Assembly: GCA_051362555.1 (NCBI GenBank)
Contig: CM120642.1
Coordinates: 19,902,001-19,966,000, forward strand
DNA length: 64,000 nucleotides
Source of the DNA: Lingula anatina
Taxonomy: Eukaryota; Animalia; Brachiopoda
Direction of reading: 5' to 3'
The translations under genes and the position numbers were made by a program. Positions 25,024 to 37,134 of this stretch are shown here, one piece after another. How positions within the stretch are numbered: the first letter of the stretch is position 1; each line of letters begins with the position of its first letter. The notes under the pieces were generated by a model, which searched no databases, had not been told where the DNA came from, and saw nothing but the letters and a program-made list of their open reading frames with translations.

Positions 25024-26399
25024 GGCGTTATCAATAAAACTGGTGAAACAGGGACGCGGAGCCCACGTGACATAGGTACATATCTGAACACCCATTCCAG
25101 CTGGGCTACAACCTGAAAACCTTGATTCCTCAACGAGTTCGGTGACATCTTTTGGAGGACTAAGTCACTCTGTTTGCCTCAGGTTTAGGTAAACAAAGCA
25201 GGCAAGCAAAAAATAAATGAAATAAATGACTGTGACTGACATATCTCTTCGCACCAACACGGCTTACAGAAAGCACAGGTGTATGTAAAGAAATATGTAA
25301 AAAAACGTTGACTAGGAGACACAACTTGGCTGCTGGATGAATCAGTTTCGCATGGACTGTTTGCACGTCTTCCACACGCACTCGCCATCTTTACCAGGGG
25401 CGAATTGCGTTTTGGAGGTGTGTTCAGCTTGTCTACAGCTCAAGATTGCTGGACTGGGAAAAGTCTCCATAAGGAGAGGATACTGTAAAACTGACTTGCT
25501 AGGCTTGTTGACATCCTGCCTTAAAATAATGGTGCCCAACTGTAGAATCCCCATCCTATGCTGAAACGCGTCTTCAAAAGAAAGTTCTAGCTGTTATGTG
25601 GACGTAACCTGTTAATGTTTTACTTATTGTTAAGGGTTTGTCGGTGTCTCAAACGAGCGACGATTATTTTTTTTTATTTTCCTCTCGTGATGTTAAAAGT
25701 GTTGCTCAATGGCACTGGTGTTCACTAGGAGAGAAAAAAAGGAAGTTCGGCGTAGACAAACTATGTTTAATGGCGACTCATTGATTTCATGGGCTGTTGT
25801 AAAAAGTTCAGGGAAACAGCATCTCGTATTTCCGGGTTACATGCATCAGCGTGAACTGGAAACGGCATTTGCAATTCACTGCACTAAGATCCTTGAAAAT
25901 TCCCTGTCTAATCAGGAAGACCCGGCAGCATTGAAGCTGAGGTTTCTTCACTTTTGCCGAAATTTGCAGCACTGAGTATCGGGTTCTCTTTAAGGTACGC
26001 GCTGTCGCATTGTACAATAAAGCGCTTAACTTTGCTATAACTTCTTTGCTGAAATAGCATCCACGATTAGTGATACTACTTACGCCTCGCTGACAACAAA
26101 ATTTGTCAATGAATGAATCAATGAGTTAACCGTCGCCGTAAAACATTGTTTTTCTGCGCCAAAACTTCCTTTTATGTCTCCTCATTTACTTCAGCGAAAG
26201 TATAAGTACAGGACATACACAAAAATGGCGTTCAAAATTTGGATGGTGACGGCCACTTAAATTGAAAAGTCCCTCTAGTAAAAGAATAGTGCTAAGTTAT
26301 TATATGGCATTATATGATGTTTACTGAATTTTATTACGTAATGTTATAGCATTAATAATAAATATCCAAACAAATATACACATATTTTGATTTATGGGG

Positions 26400-27200
26400 T
26401 TGCAAAGACGCCATAAACTAGTAAACAAAATATATGTTAACTGTAAGTCGAACGTCCATAGTGTCCAAATGTACGAGACAGCAGCTTTAAAAACCATTGC
26501 GTGCGTAATGATAAATCATTATTCACTCAAGTTCAGCTTCCTTTCAATCATATTACTTTTCAATTCTCCAATTACTCGATAAATGACGTACGGATAATAT
26601 GTCGTTTTAATGAATGGCAAATGTTGGAGATATCATAAATCCATCTCTATCACCGAACTGTCCAGAATATCTGACACAAACGCAGCACTTTTATAAAAAG
26701 CGATTACGCAAGAAATTGAAAGGATCACGGTTTTACGTTTTAGCTTGGTTGAAGATCACTAAATGACTCACTGAATAATATCAATCTTCTTATATTTCAT
26801 GTATATATATTTTTAATCAAATCCAAGCGTTGTTAATAAGAAAGTTTTCAACAAGTACCGAAACTGAATACGTTTATTCAATAAGTAACATGCATGTATA
26901 CCGACATTTCAAAAGCCAGTACAGTACAGCAATCCTGAACTACGATAAAGTGTGCTTCTCATCAGACTTCAGGTACAATGAGGTGCATAGCAGTTCATCA
27001 AATTTTGTACAGGTGATTGCACTGCAACAGATAGTGTGCGTAAAGTTTAAAGCTCTTAAGTCAGAAACCCAACGCCAAATGATATGGTTAAATAACTTAA
27101 AGCTACAAGTATAAATAGTCTTGTACCCTGTATTCGGTATTAAGTATCATTTTAGTGTGTGTATGTGTTGGGATAAGGGTCACTCCTACAGAGAGAGGCC
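26400..27200 (-). pseudogene. Relic 5' end and upstream region of a lost fifth GPCR copy
   Basis: ATG GAC GTT CGA (MDVR) at 26459 plus upstream sequence aligns with 52870-53630, 33060-33500 and 45000-45410; the frame closes after ~13 codons. Confidence 0.75.
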
Positions 27201-27618
27201 TCCAAAAACCAATACATCATTGCGCGTTATATAATAGGAGAGAATACAAGCAAACCAAATGTCAAAGGCACGGACCAAATCTAGTCCTATTCATAAAAAG
27301 CCCAGACCCTGTGTTTATTACAACCTGGCTGGGCCCATTCTTTATGGTGTCTTTGCATTGTTAAAAGCATAATGGGAAAGTTAAATGGCCAAGTTAATTG
27401 GCCAAGCTGCCAGTTTGTTTGTATGGCATGTGCAGAGGATTGATGTCTTAGATCAAAGCACATATTATGATACTTACAGGTGTGGCAAATAAGATATACT
27501 TGTATTTCATTACCTGTGATTTGTAAAATACATCTGAGGATGATACTTTTAAAGATGTATAATGTTTAAAGAAAAGACATGTAGATTGATTTAGTAACAT
27601 TAAATCATATATATTTAC

Positions 27619-27622
<4 letters not shown>

Positions 27623-27697
<75 letters not shown>
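27623..27697. repeat. (TA)n microsatellite
   Basis: Pure dinucleotide run. Confidence 0.95.
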
Positions 27698-27699
<2 letters not shown>

Positions 27700-28067
27700 C
27701 ACAGTGGAATGATATGCTTCTGGTATCATTTTATTAACATCAAATTTCACAAAAAGACCAACAATACAATTCCATGGTTCAGCGGTTTTATACGCATTAG
27801 TCACACTATAAGTACACCGGGCATTCTTTTATACATTGTGTGTATATTATCAAAGTCTGTTATCCGACAACATCACAGGCAAATGAAAAATAATGAAATG
27901 AAATATTTGTGTCAAAACATTACTCTTTCGTAAAAGTATTTATTAGTTCGTACCAATATAATCAAAAAGACGGTGCAGATAGAATATTTACAATGCCACA
28001 CTGTGCTTGGCTATAAACGCAAAGATTAAACCCAACAAATGGCGCATCTCTCAAAAGAAAATACATT

Positions 28068-30344
28068 TCACAATAAGCTGTTTGAAACTGTTACTACAGG
28101 TGTTGCAACATAGGTGGCATTTTTAGTTGATGTGAACGTATTCATGTTAATAGATGTAGAAGATGTGATATGACCTGGTGACTTCTTTCTGAAATAATTT
28201 CGATAACGATGCAATGTTGACTTTTTCATAATGTAAGAAAAGCAAATAAAAGCACCTTGCAGACAGGAAAATACGTAAAAGAGATACCACATAAATATTA
28301 GACTTGTAAATGCAGCGATGAACGCAAAGATCCACCCAAAACCCATTAACGTTGATAGTTTACAATAAACAAGAAACTGGTTGTAATCTGGACCACAACG
28401 TTCAACACTAGGTACAGGTCGTAAGGCAATAGCAGTCCTAATGAAGAATCCAAGTTGTAGCAGAATAGTTATTCCAACGGGCAGAGCGAAACTGTAGGCA
28501 AGTGCCGCAGTGCTGCCTATCCAACATGATGAAATACCTGTGCCGTAGCCTATCGAAACACTACTGCATTCACAAAACTCAAGAACAACACACGGGATAA
28601 CGATAACTAATGGAGAGCAATAGCTTATCAGGCAGTATATGATGTGCCACTTACGAATGTCTGAAGAATCAAACTGGGCAATACTAAAGGGATAAGTAAA
28701 CGTCCAACACATATGAAAAGCACATACAGTCATCCAAGCAAATGAACAAAGCCACCAGTAATGCATCACAATAGCAAACGCTTTACAAACAACATTGTTT
28801 TGAGAGGGTACATAATTAAGGAGAAACAATAACTGTGCAAGCATCAGGGTGACGCAGAGGTTGAATGAATTTTTTCCCGGGAGACCCTTTCTCAAGTCTG
28901 TAAACAACAGATAGGTGATAATTGTAAAAACCAAGCAAAGGACAGACATTGAGAGAAGACTATAGGAAACAATTACCTGCACAAGAATATATGAAGATTC
29001 CGGGGTTCTGTTTCCCTTATCTTTTAAGTAGTCGTCTACACAGATAAGAACCCCCTCCTCGTCTTTAATAAAGTCGGACTGATTCAATTTCAACCCATTT
29101 ACTGACAATGTAATCATGTTATCGTCTCCAGTGAACTCAGACCTGTTAAGACGCACTCTACTACAGTTCAGGGTGTCTTCTGAAATCTTGGTAACATTTG
29201 GTAAATGGCGATTGTCCTTATTTTGCCCAAATCGTGGTGCGTCAAAATTGGGGATTGCGCTGATTGGTTTTCCATTTATATCGAAACCTGTAAAGCTTGA
29301 GCTTGGTTTGCTTTGCCCTAATGCAATAGTATACGTTTCTGATTTTGGAAAGGAAAGATTATAGCTCTCGAATGAAATACAGAGCATGCAAGGAAATAGA
29401 AAACATGGGCGGGCGGATTTCTTTGAAGAAAAAGAATAAAATTGCATATAAAATGGTACTTCTGTTGCCAACGAAAGAAGCTCTACGTTGCTAAAATTCA
29501 GATGCAAAGTCGCGACTGTTGTTTCCAAAGAAGAGCTAGACTTGATGACAGTTTGTTGTTGATAACCAATCACAAAGGAAACATTTGTAAAATGTGCCGT
29601 TGGATCGACTGATTCCATGTTATTGCCAAATCTTCTATGAAAGAAAAAGGAAATTTCAGAATTTTCGGAAAACATAAGACGCATACCAAGGGCTTCGAAA
29701 TGAAGCAAAATATGTCTTATGAAATATCTTTCTGTACCAAGCATGATATTAAATGGTTGAAAATCCATTGAAGAATTTGTCTCTATTTTCCACGTTCCTG
29801 TCAGCCAGATACTGTTTTCTGGGAGCCCATGTCGAGTGACGACACTGATGTTCAAATTACTGAATTCCCACGCCATCCTCAGATGTTGACTAAATCTTGA
29901 CTCTATCTGCCTAGCAACAGACGATGATACACCCTTCCAGATTGCTGATCCTGTGATATAAACCGCGCTCGCTTCATTTGATGTATGCGTTGTGGTCAGA
30001 AAAGGATAACTACACAGTGTGATGCCGTTGGATTGGACTCCAATTATGCTTGTGTGAATAATCTGTGGCTCAAATCTACAACTAATGGCATCATCCTCAA
30101 AAGCACTGTCTTTGTGCTTTGTATATATGCAATTCACCTCATCAGGAGCTATTTCACCTGCTGCTGTGGATATGTTGTGAATTAGATCCTTGCACAAGAC
30201 TGGATGCGTTGCGTCAACGGAAAAAGCATAAAGTTTCACGGGCACCTTAAAGCTGCAATTCAGATTGATTTCAGGAAACTGGTCAATGCAGTCTGTACCA
30301 CTGGGAATCATGCCGGCTGGACAAATGATTTTTCTGCATTCCTC
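28068..30344 (-). CDS. GPCR copy 1 exon 2 (variable ectodomain plus 7TM)
   Basis: 747-aa ORF plus 11 upstream codons to the ttacag acceptor. Confidence 0.92.
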   Translation of the reverse strand, partial: EECRKIICPAGMIPSGTDCIDQFPEINLNCSFKVPVKLYAFSVDATHPVLCKDLIHNISTAAGEIAPDEVNCIYTKHKDSAFEDDAISCRFEPQIIHTSIIGVQSNGITLCSYPFLTTTHTSNEASAVYITGSAIWKGVSSSVARQIESRFSQHLRMAWEFSNLNISVVTRHGLPENSIWLTGTWKIETNSSMDFQPFNIMLGTERYFIRHILLHFEALGMRLMFSENSEISFFFHRRFGNNMESVDPTAHFTNVSFVIGYQQQTVIKSSSSLETTVATLHLNFSNVELLSLATEVPFYMQFYSFSSKKSARPCFLFPCMLCISFESYNLSFPKSETYTIALGQSKPSSSFTGFDINGKPISAIPNFDAPRFGQNKDNRHLPNVTKISEDTLNCSRVRLNRSEFTGDDNMITLSVNGLKLNQSDFIKDEEGVLICVDDYLKDKGNRTPESSYILVQVIVSYSLLSMSVLCLVFTIITYLLFTDLRKGLPGKNSFNLCVTLMLAQLLFLLNYVPSQNNVVCKAFAIVMHYWWLCSFAWMTVCAFHMCWTFTYPFSIAQFDSSDIRKWHIIYCLISYCSPLVIVIPCVVLEFCECSSVSIGYGTGISSCWIGSTAALAYSFALPVGITILLQLGFFIRTAIALRPVPSVERCGPDYNQFLVYCKLSTLMGFGWIFAFIAAFTSLIFMWYLFYVFSCLQGAFICFSYIMKKSTLHRYRNYFRKKSPGHITSSTSINMNTFTSTKNATYVATPVVTVSNSLL

Positions 30345-33075
30345 CTGTAAGTGTAGACAACCTATGCATTATTTTCGTGTTGAATTTAAAGAAAGGGTGC
30401 TTTTATTTAAATGTACATAGATATCGATCAAACACTCTCACTCCAATATAGACTAAATACCCATTGTAACGTGGTGGACAACGTTAAGATAATCATCATG
30501 TTAAAACATTTAACGTTCTTGGACAGTCAAAACGCCTTTATTTCCTCAAATTCAATAAATCTATCTACATTGCTAACCTAAATATAATTTGTCATTGTAG
30601 ATTATTTCTACTGCTCCTCATTTTTCAAAACAAGAATCGGTACAGGCTGTCGTATCTTTTTTCATTGTGGCATATAAAGCACTGACACAAGATAGAGCTT
30701 TGGATTTCACTACATCTACAAAAGCATTAAATATAACTCTATTATTTCCCTGGCCAGTGTGTACTTTACAGAGACGAATACACGAGAGAGGTTGATGGTT
30801 TATACTATTCATTTTTAAACTAAATAAGAAACTTCTATATGGACATGTTAACATTACAATATTTACAAAATTATCAATTAGTAAATGGAGAGGGTAAAAA
30901 TACAAACACAAAAAGATTCGATAAAACAAGTTTAAGCACACCACAAAATAATCTTTGAAAAAATAATTAGCACACGTATGCACTGTGAAATAAATAAATA
31001 TGGCAGGCCTAAAGAAATAAAACATGAATTTAAGAAACGCAATAAAACAAATTATTTGTGTTAAACATTTCCACAAAAAATTATAATTAATTAAAATACC
31101 CACTATTTATGCCTTTTGTTATTATTTTTATGTTAAACATTTCTTCGTGACCGGAAGTTTCAAACTTGGGCAAGAGGTTAATAATGATATTAATAATCAT
31201 AATAAGAAAACAGCGTTATCGCTGACAAAGTACAATCACAAAATAGAACACATAGCAGAAAATAAAAAAGTAAGTCGAAAGCTTTAACTTTGCACGGTGG
31301 GCAGGACTTGTAGCGAACATCTCTCTGACTTAGGTTGAGGATACGAAGACGACAGTGGATGAAACATAATCATATAACCTTAATATTCCGTAATCGTCCG
31401 TTAGAAGATAAAGACGGGCATAGCTTGATCGTGCAGTAACAGAGAGAGAAACTTCAAAATACAATATGTTTGAGACAGGAACCAAACGCGTTCCTCCTAA
31501 ACTGGCCGTCTACAAAGGTTGGCAAGGTGAATGAGGATAAAAGCTAGCAAATCAACATAAGTATATTGAGGAATGAGAAAAAGGATGAGATGCGACATAC
31601 AAGTTCCCTGGGCATGCGTAATAATAAATCTTCATGTCTGAAGATTTGTTTTATTCACCAAATATACAGGTACGAATGTATGAATTATCAAAACTATACC
31701 AGTCGTGTCAACACAATACACAATGAACACCACTACTTACGTATCCTTGTCTTTTAATGTATCCTGCCGGACATCCCTCTTGTATGTTCCTTTCACGATC
31801 TGTTTCAATTCTGATATCCGGACCAAAATCCATCATCATAGAAAAGGGTCGGATGCCTTCAGTATCCGGAAGTTTACCAGGCCCGGCATTAGTCTGTGTG
31901 TCCTGTATCATCTGTGGACAAATTAGACTGTTTTTCTCAAGGATTATACCATTGCACGTGGCGCAATGAGGATTAGCAAACAGGCCGAAAGTTGACCACA
32001 GTTTTGATCTCTCGTCAGGACAATACCCAGAACAAATTGGTCTCGTAATTGGGGAGGGATTGTCTGGTTTTATTTCAAGGTCGACTGGATAAGAAACAAG
32101 TGTTGTTGACACCGTCGTCGTGGTCGAAGTCGTTGGCGTTGTAGAATACAGAGGAGGTGGCATCCCTCCTACAACCCACTGGTTATATGCTTCACATTGC
32201 TCCCTCTCATTGTCATCATACTGCTCCCAAAGGCCTGTAACGTTGCAAGTTTGGATAAGGTCTCCATATTCAAAAGGTTGAAATTGCGCCATCCATTCTT
32301 CATACCATGAATCTACTGATGAGAAATCTACGGTAATGATGTCAGAATTTTTGCTGATATTTGTCCTACACACGTGCATATCACCTTCCATATGAGAGCG
32401 GTGTTTAAACAAAATTGAACAACTCGGCAAAGATGCTATTTGTCTCAACAAAGAAAGTTTGTCCGTGGAATTTCTGGGCAATGAATCGATTATGTCAGGC
32501 GATTTGCAATGAAAAAAAAGTAGCCAGGGCTCTATATCTGTATCATTGTGACAAACAGCACAGTAAAGATTTCTATACACCAGACGACTTGTCTTGGACC
32601 AGACTGGTAGGTCTTTTTTCGGATCTAGATCGGTTGTTCTGCCTGCTTTGAAACATTCCATGGAGGTAATATTGTCGGTATTTGGCAGGCAAGATGTAAT
32701 CATCTTCACCGCGTTTGGCATGCCTGGCAGAGTCACACACGACGTCTCGTTTCTCTTATTCTTGACATTTTTTAACCTCCTTATTTCAATTTCTGGTGTA
32801 TTAAAAGCGACATCATAACAACAGTCACCGTAAGCCATGCAGGTTTCCGGGGCACAACTACAGTAAGGCGAAACGCTTCCGCAAGAGAAAGTGTTGTTAA
32901 TCAGTGGACATAACCTGTTAATTACCTCACGTCGGTCCAGGGTTTCCCGAAAGAGCAGCGATTCTTGCGGTGATGGGAAGCTATTACTGGTGTTCACTAT
33001 AAGACAAAAATGAAAGCACAACAGAAGTCGCAGTAGAGAGCAAAACATGTTGCTAGCTATGAGGCGGACGTCCAT
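28068..33075 (-). CDS. Class B (secretin/adhesion-like, Methuselah-type) GPCR with SMB-like/Cys-rich ectodomain, copy 1; exons 33075-31741 and 30344-28068; 1203 aa
   Basis: Signal peptide; CSCAPETCMAYGDCCYD (SMB-like); YRNLYCAVCH and FANPHCATCNG modules; phase-0 intron (QGY|gtaagt...ttacag|EEC); 7TM motifs LPGKN, HYWWL..F.WM, CWI, KLSTLMGFGWIF, LQGAFI; no GPS motif seen. Confidence 0.88.
31741..33075 (-). CDS. GPCR copy 1 exon 1 (signal peptide, SMB-like, Cys-rich)
   Basis: 455-aa ORF; donor gtaagt at 31740. Confidence 0.9.
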
Positions 33076-35206
33076 TGTGTGCAGATATGCAAGACAGCCG
33101 CGTTAAAAACCATTGTGTGCGTCATGTTGATAATTAACCGTCCAAAATGAACATAGGGGATGTAAAGATGAACCATTATTCACTTAAGTTCAGCTACCTT
33201 TCAGTCATGCTATTCTCCAATTTTCCATTTAGTTGATGAATGGTGTTCGGATAATATGTCATTTTATGAGCGGCAAATGTTGGAGATATTGAAACAACAT
33301 GATCCTGTCTCTATCAACAAATTATTCCGAATATCTGATACAAACGCAGCACTTTTATTAAAAGCGGTTACACAAGAAATTGAATGGATCACTCAGAACC
33401 GTGAATATAGGTTTGCTGTAGAACGAGAAATGACTCACCAAATAAGATTACATGTCACATCTTTCATTCAATTAATTGAGTGTATGTGTTGTTGAAAAAA
33501 AAAGTTATCGACAAGTGCCAAAACATGCGTTCAGACAGTAAGTATAACCTGCGCGCATAGTTATTGTTGTAAAGTTAATGGCTAACATGTACATATTCAC
33601 TAATTGCAAGTAATGATCATTAGAGGAATCAAATGAGTTTAAGGATGATAAGTTATTGAGCGCAAGTTTAATTTTCGTAACAGTCAACAAGTTCAGAAAA
33701 TATTTTAGTAAGGAAAAGATAGAACAGGTTAATGCCACATTCACTTTCATTTGATTAGTTAATTTCACAATAGAATTGTAATATTCTGGCAAAGCATAAC
33801 ACATGCTAACTGATTTTTGGATATGGTCCAAGTATGAGTATAATTCAAATAATATTTTAGATTTTTTATTGGAAACAAGGATCTTAGAAACTACCTTATG
33901 AGGAATAATGAATGGTGAAATGCAGCAAACGAATGGAAAAGTTTTGATAATCACGCAATAGGCAATGGAAAGACAACAAGTAAACTCGTGGTCAATGATG
34001 AGAAATAATGTTTAAGTACTTGTGAATTTGTATGAAAACTCAGTCGATGAATAAACGTTTCAAAGCTCCAAATCTACGTCGTCCTCGTCATTATAATAGA
34101 GAGCTTTCGCACCTGTGCGTTTAGGTGAAAGACTACGTTCAGGTCATCATATTTTGCTGTCTAGTGACGTGTACACATACGGTTAGAGAGAACATCATCC
34201 GCAGCTAGATTGCTACCCGTCAATGAAAAACGGTTTGACAAATCAGCATAATTTTATGAAATCAAGCCTTTCAAAATTGATAGTTTCTCTGTAAAATCAC
34301 ATTGGACATTTTATTTTTGCAATATATGTGAAACATGTTGTATCTGTTATTTGTGTCTATGTTTTTTTGTTACTGTTGAAATATAGTTTATACTCGTAAA
34401 AAAGGCATTTTCTACTGACCACAAGGCAGTAAGAACTGGCCTTTCGCACGCATGACTGATTGTATTATAAGACTGTTAGGTCATCATTTTGTGAGCAGTT
34501 ATTACGAGTACACATGCCTTTATAAGTGGTCTGTGGACTAGTCGTCTGCACTTGACGCATAACAAGCAGGATATCCGCAAGGTAAGTGCCGTTAGTAAGA
34601 TACTACTAGTAGCTCGATTTTCTCCTTTAGTTGACAGGACATGTCCCCTCGACTTTTAATGCAAATTTTATGAAGCCTTGTTTCGAAAGTCACATGGCGT
34701 CCTGTTTTGTGTATTTGAATAAATGAATTATAAATAAAAGTAAGGATAGCACATCTTTCTTTACATGAAATTGTCTCTAACAGCAAATATTATTTAATAT
34801 TTATTATATCAGTAACAAAAACTGACGCTGCATTAATTTTTCAGCTGAAAATTGCGACAACATGCCGCCAACTAAGAAGCGCCGTACTGACTCACCAGCA
34901 GATTACGTCAGTTACCTGAAAGACAAGTTGGTCTTCGAGAAAGAACGCTTTGAATAAGAAAAGAAAGAGCGAGAAGCTCAAATTGAGAAAGACAAACAAA
35001 TGATGGAGATGGTTATGTCTTTGGTTAAAAAGAGAAACTGAATTGGCATATTAGGCTCTTGCTGCCTTTAAGATACACATGGGCTGAATCTTTGTTAAAA
35101 CATTAGTTTTTTATTCAAGATTTCATTTAAATAAATGTTTGCTTGCGGTATGAATTTTACATTTTACTCTTTAATTTTCCATACGCACAATGTACACGTG
35201 TACAGT

Positions 35207-35540
35207 TCATGCTAAATAGTCCTCCAAGGTGGGAGGATCTAGTTCAAAGTACCGACTCATCTGATTGCCATACACACAGGTATGGCAGTTGACCAGAAGA
35301 CAACCTACCAAGTAGTGCTTGGCTACAGGAGACAACAGAACTTTTAAATTCTTTCGAAATTCCAGGAAGGCAAAGTTTCACAATAAGTTTCCGAACTCCC
35401 ACTCGACGCATTCCCGCACAGTGGACATTCTCCTGTTGAATTCTTCTTCTTCGGCACTCATATTTGCTCCTCTGAAGGAACTCAACAAATACCTTTTAAC
35501 CGGGTAAGCCGGATCTCCATAAATTGCGTATGCAAGACCA
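35207..35540 (-). pseudogene. Harbinger (HARBI1-like DDE) nuclease C-terminal remnant
   Basis: AIYGDPAYP...FNRRMSTVRECVEWEFG..*..FAFLEFRKNLK...CHTCVYGNQMSRYFELDPPTLEDYLA*; a convergent plus-strand ORF2-like tail (YLKDK..FEKERFE) lies at ~34860-35041. Confidence 0.8.
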
Positions 35541-35597
35541 TTCCAAAATTACCTAACCTGTCCAATGGCGTATGACCTCATTTAACGTCTCTTCATA

Positions 35598-36500
35598 AGC
35601 CTCGGTCACAACCGACCGTATGGGCTCTTACGGGCAGTTTGCGTCCAAATTTTGCGCAGAATCTCACGTCCCACGCAAGGCCTTCCTACGCAACTTCTTA
35701 CAGCTCGTAAGCACGTAGGGAGGATGTTGGACATGTCCAAAAGTTTGTACGAATAGCCTGCGAAGAGCGAGGCCGCAAGCGTAACTTGCTCCCCTCGTAC
35801 AGAGTTAGCAAGAGAGACGCGCGTTGTGCAAGACTCACGTTACAAGCAATGAAGGAGCAAGTGCCCTTTGCGTGTTGAGTAAGGCGCACGCCCTCACAAC
35901 TAACGAACAAAGTCGAGAGCACACCGGGAATGCGTCGCACGTGCGTCACCCCCACGCCTGGTGTATAAAAGGCGTGCTCACGACGAACGCTCGTGTCTTT
36001 ACAAAGAACATCGACTATGTAACGTGTACAACAATTTTCAAAATTTTCAAATTTTTGCTGAATTTTGTTTCTAATATGCCTCAAAAAGGCAAGAGTAAGA
36101 AGCTTACATAGTAGAAAAAAGGGAGGAGGAAGAAGAAAGAAGAGTAGAACAGGAAGCAAAACTGACGTACGCCGTCAGTACGTCACCACAAACGTGTGAG
36201 GCAAGTGTGAAGTAAAACTGACGCAAAAGGGCACTTCTTTCGTCGCTCGTTGCATTCCCTTCGTAAGTGGTGAGTGTGCCACGTATACAGGAAGCAAGAC
36301 AAACTCAAAAATGAGTACAATTTCCACGACCATCGCTCCTTGCAATTAGCTTCCCTGCCTGAAAGGACATCTCATGTGGCCCTTGCGACTCGCAAGGCAG
36401 ACTTTCCTCTACCTCTACGACCTCCACGGCCTCCGTTACACCCAAAAATCGCAGGGGACGTACGATCCTGAAATTCGTGCGTCCGGTTGTGACCGAGGCT
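35598..36500. mobile_element. Non-autonomous Harbinger-like element nested in the larger Harbinger
   Basis: Perfect 17-bp TIR AGCCTCGGTCACAACCG / CGGTTGTGACCGAGGCT; CpG-rich interior; TWA-like flanks. Confidence 0.8.
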
Positions 36501-37134
36501 TTACAGCATGTGAAACATGTATCAGCCTACTGTACAATTCGACTATCCGTAAAGGCTAACCGGATCTTTCTGCGAAATCTGCGAAAACGTTGGTCATTTT
36601 ACGGTTACGGATAGCTAAATGTAGTCGGTCGCCTAAACGTGCAGGTGCGAAAGCTCTCTATTATTCTAAAACCCACGTATAGTAGAGTATATCAATCCCT
36701 GCACTACGATATTAAAATGTGCTTCTCGCCAGAATTCAGGTGCATTACAGTGCATCAAATTTTGTACAGGTGATTGCACTGCAACAGATAGTGTGATTAA
36801 AGTTTAAAGCACCTAACAGCTGAAACTGACGCCGATTGATCTGATTAAATCACTTAACGCTGGGAGTATAAATGGCTTTGAGCACTGTATTTGGTGATAA
36901 GTGTCTTTTTAGAGTGTGTGTGTATGTGTGGGTGATGAGGGCCAATGTTACAGCAAGATGCCTTTAAACAAATACATTAATGTGTGAAATATATTTTCAG
37001 AGAGTGATAATCAAATAATCAGTACTAGGTATGGTCTTCTCTGAAAACTAATGATACTTCAGATTCATTTCCAGATAATCATTTGTTTCTGTCACAATAC
37101 AAAACGACAAAAGAAACTCATTTAATGTTTACTC

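Larger units (their letters stand above)
34098..36659. mobile_element. Internally deleted PIF/Harbinger-superfamily transposon
   Basis: ~40-bp TIRs AGAGAGCTTTCGCACCTG..CGTTTAGG; convergent remnants of two ORFs; absent from the paralogous spacer at ~45975. Confidence 0.85.

Noticed and set aside
25160-26040. Cluster of short ORFs upstream of SLC13
   Set aside because: No recognisable motifs; may be 5' UTR or decayed repeat, so a gene call is not supportable
29000-29200. GAIN/GPS autoproteolysis domain (true adhesion GPCR)
   Set aside because: No C.C.HL(T/S).F motif before TM1; the pre-TM module is LNC..V.L...EF...ICVD
29116-29364. Recurrent plus-strand ORFs antisense to the GPCR exons (e.g. 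41144, 55529, 32594, 44528)
   Set aside because: They recur only because the sense genes are duplicated; lengths vary and there is no independent coding signal
30618-31103. 161-aa hydrophobic ORF in the copy 1 intron
   Set aside because: AT-rich composition; the frame is not preserved in the paralogous introns of copies 2 and 3
31708-33075. Treating the 455-523-aa Cys-rich ORFs as separate genes alternating with the 7TM ORFs
   Set aside because: A conserved gtaagt donor and ttacag acceptor join them in phase 0, and the 7TM ORFs lack their own signal peptide
35698-36471. ORFs inside the nested CpG-rich element
   Set aside because: No transposase motifs; expected by chance in GC-richer sequence
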